A stretch of DNA of 63,676 nucleotides, the filler included, from Octopus bimaculoides (lineage: Eukaryota): assembly GCF_001194135.2 (NCBI RefSeq). It is 5 parts of 5 records of this genome, joined end to end, with 100 filler letters (N's around TTAATTAATTAA, not from the genome) between each part and the next. Parts side by side here need not be neighbours in the genome. Positions count along the whole stretch, not along the records: positions 62,585 to 63,676 come from NC_068984.1; 4 more parts are not named here. One strand, given 5' to 3'. Positions 62,771 through 63,676 of the stretch are shown piece by piece. The notes beneath the pieces were generated by a model. It searched no databases and had not been told where the DNA came from. It saw only the letters and a program-made list of their open reading frames with translations. Positions within the stretch are counted from its first letter, which is position 1. The number at the start of each line of letters is the position of its first letter. The translations under genes and the position numbers were made by a program.

Positions 62771-63203
62771 TGTATGTATGAATAGATGAATACAAATCTA
62801 TATATACCCACATACATTGAGATATATATGTATGCATATATGAATTTTATATACGTTTGTATGGATGTGCAAATATGTTGTAAAACGTAACATTCTTTTT
62901 CTGTACAGCGCTTACTTTACTTTCCACGGTGAGGCTAAAGTTTTGTTTATATAAAATAGATACAAAATATATATCTTATATTTCAAATCATCTCAATATG
63001 CTGTCTAGTACAGATTGACAGAAATAAATATGCTGGAGAGTGCGAGCGGGTTTCTATGTAATTATATCCTTTGGAGCATGTATACGAGTGGATGTCTATG
63101 TGTGTATGTGTGTGTGCGTTTATAAATATGTATATGTGTGTGCGAGTGTAGATTTATATATGCATTAATATTTATGCATAATTCTATATGCATGTATATG
63201 TAC

Positions 63204-63242
<39 letters not shown>

Positions 63243-63515
63243 CATGGTTACATATGTACGTGTGAATATTGCGTATATACAGTCAATTACGATACATTGT
63301 TGCCAGATATTCATATGCACGTATATAATTATACATACGTATTCATGCACACATACATACAAATAGAAATGTAAATATATGAGTACACGACCACATGTCC
63401 ATACACATTTATCAGACCCACTTAAATGCATACATATATATAGATAGATATACATATCTTGTGTATGTATGTATGTGTACATTCTGAAAGTATATATGTG
63501 CAATGTATCTGCTTG

Positions 63516-63546
<31 letters not shown>

Positions 63547-63567
63547 GGGGGGGAGAAAGAGAGAGAA

Positions 63568-63643
<76 letters not shown>

Positions 63644-63676
63644 AGAAAGAGAGAAATGTATATATATATATATATA

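Overview
AT-rich, microsatellite- and SINE-dense eukaryotic nuclear DNA with many N gaps. The repeat families and low-complexity style suggest an octopus genome (inference). Two host genes converge tail to tail. (1) Derlin-2 (DERL2/3 family) on the + strand: five coding exons from 7372 to 14642, first exon not found in the window, one clear U12-type (minor spliceosome) intron and probably a long 3'UTR. (2) An unidentified minus-strand gene encoding a Thr/Ser/Val/Asn/Gln-rich low-complexity protein: two large exons (27024-26518, 23730-22982), a probable 39-nt microexon, a possible 29-nt microexon and a possible 5' end near 46-49 kb. The rest is transposon debris: Penelope-like elements, mariner/Tigger relics and MITEs, RTE, CR1, L1/Tx1, R4/Dong-type and Gypsy fragments, and several SINE families. 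Most ORFs in the supplied track are microsatellite or N-gap artefacts. The most unusual signals are two homologous minimal hammerhead-ribozyme-like motifs with a non-canonical core (34252-34288 + and 62644-62681 -), a 170-bp near-palindromic insertion with a 12-bp target-site duplication inside a mariner, mixed minor/major intron history in Derlin-2, and a CpG-decay contrast between the two halves of the window. No database searches were run; family names come from motif recognition.
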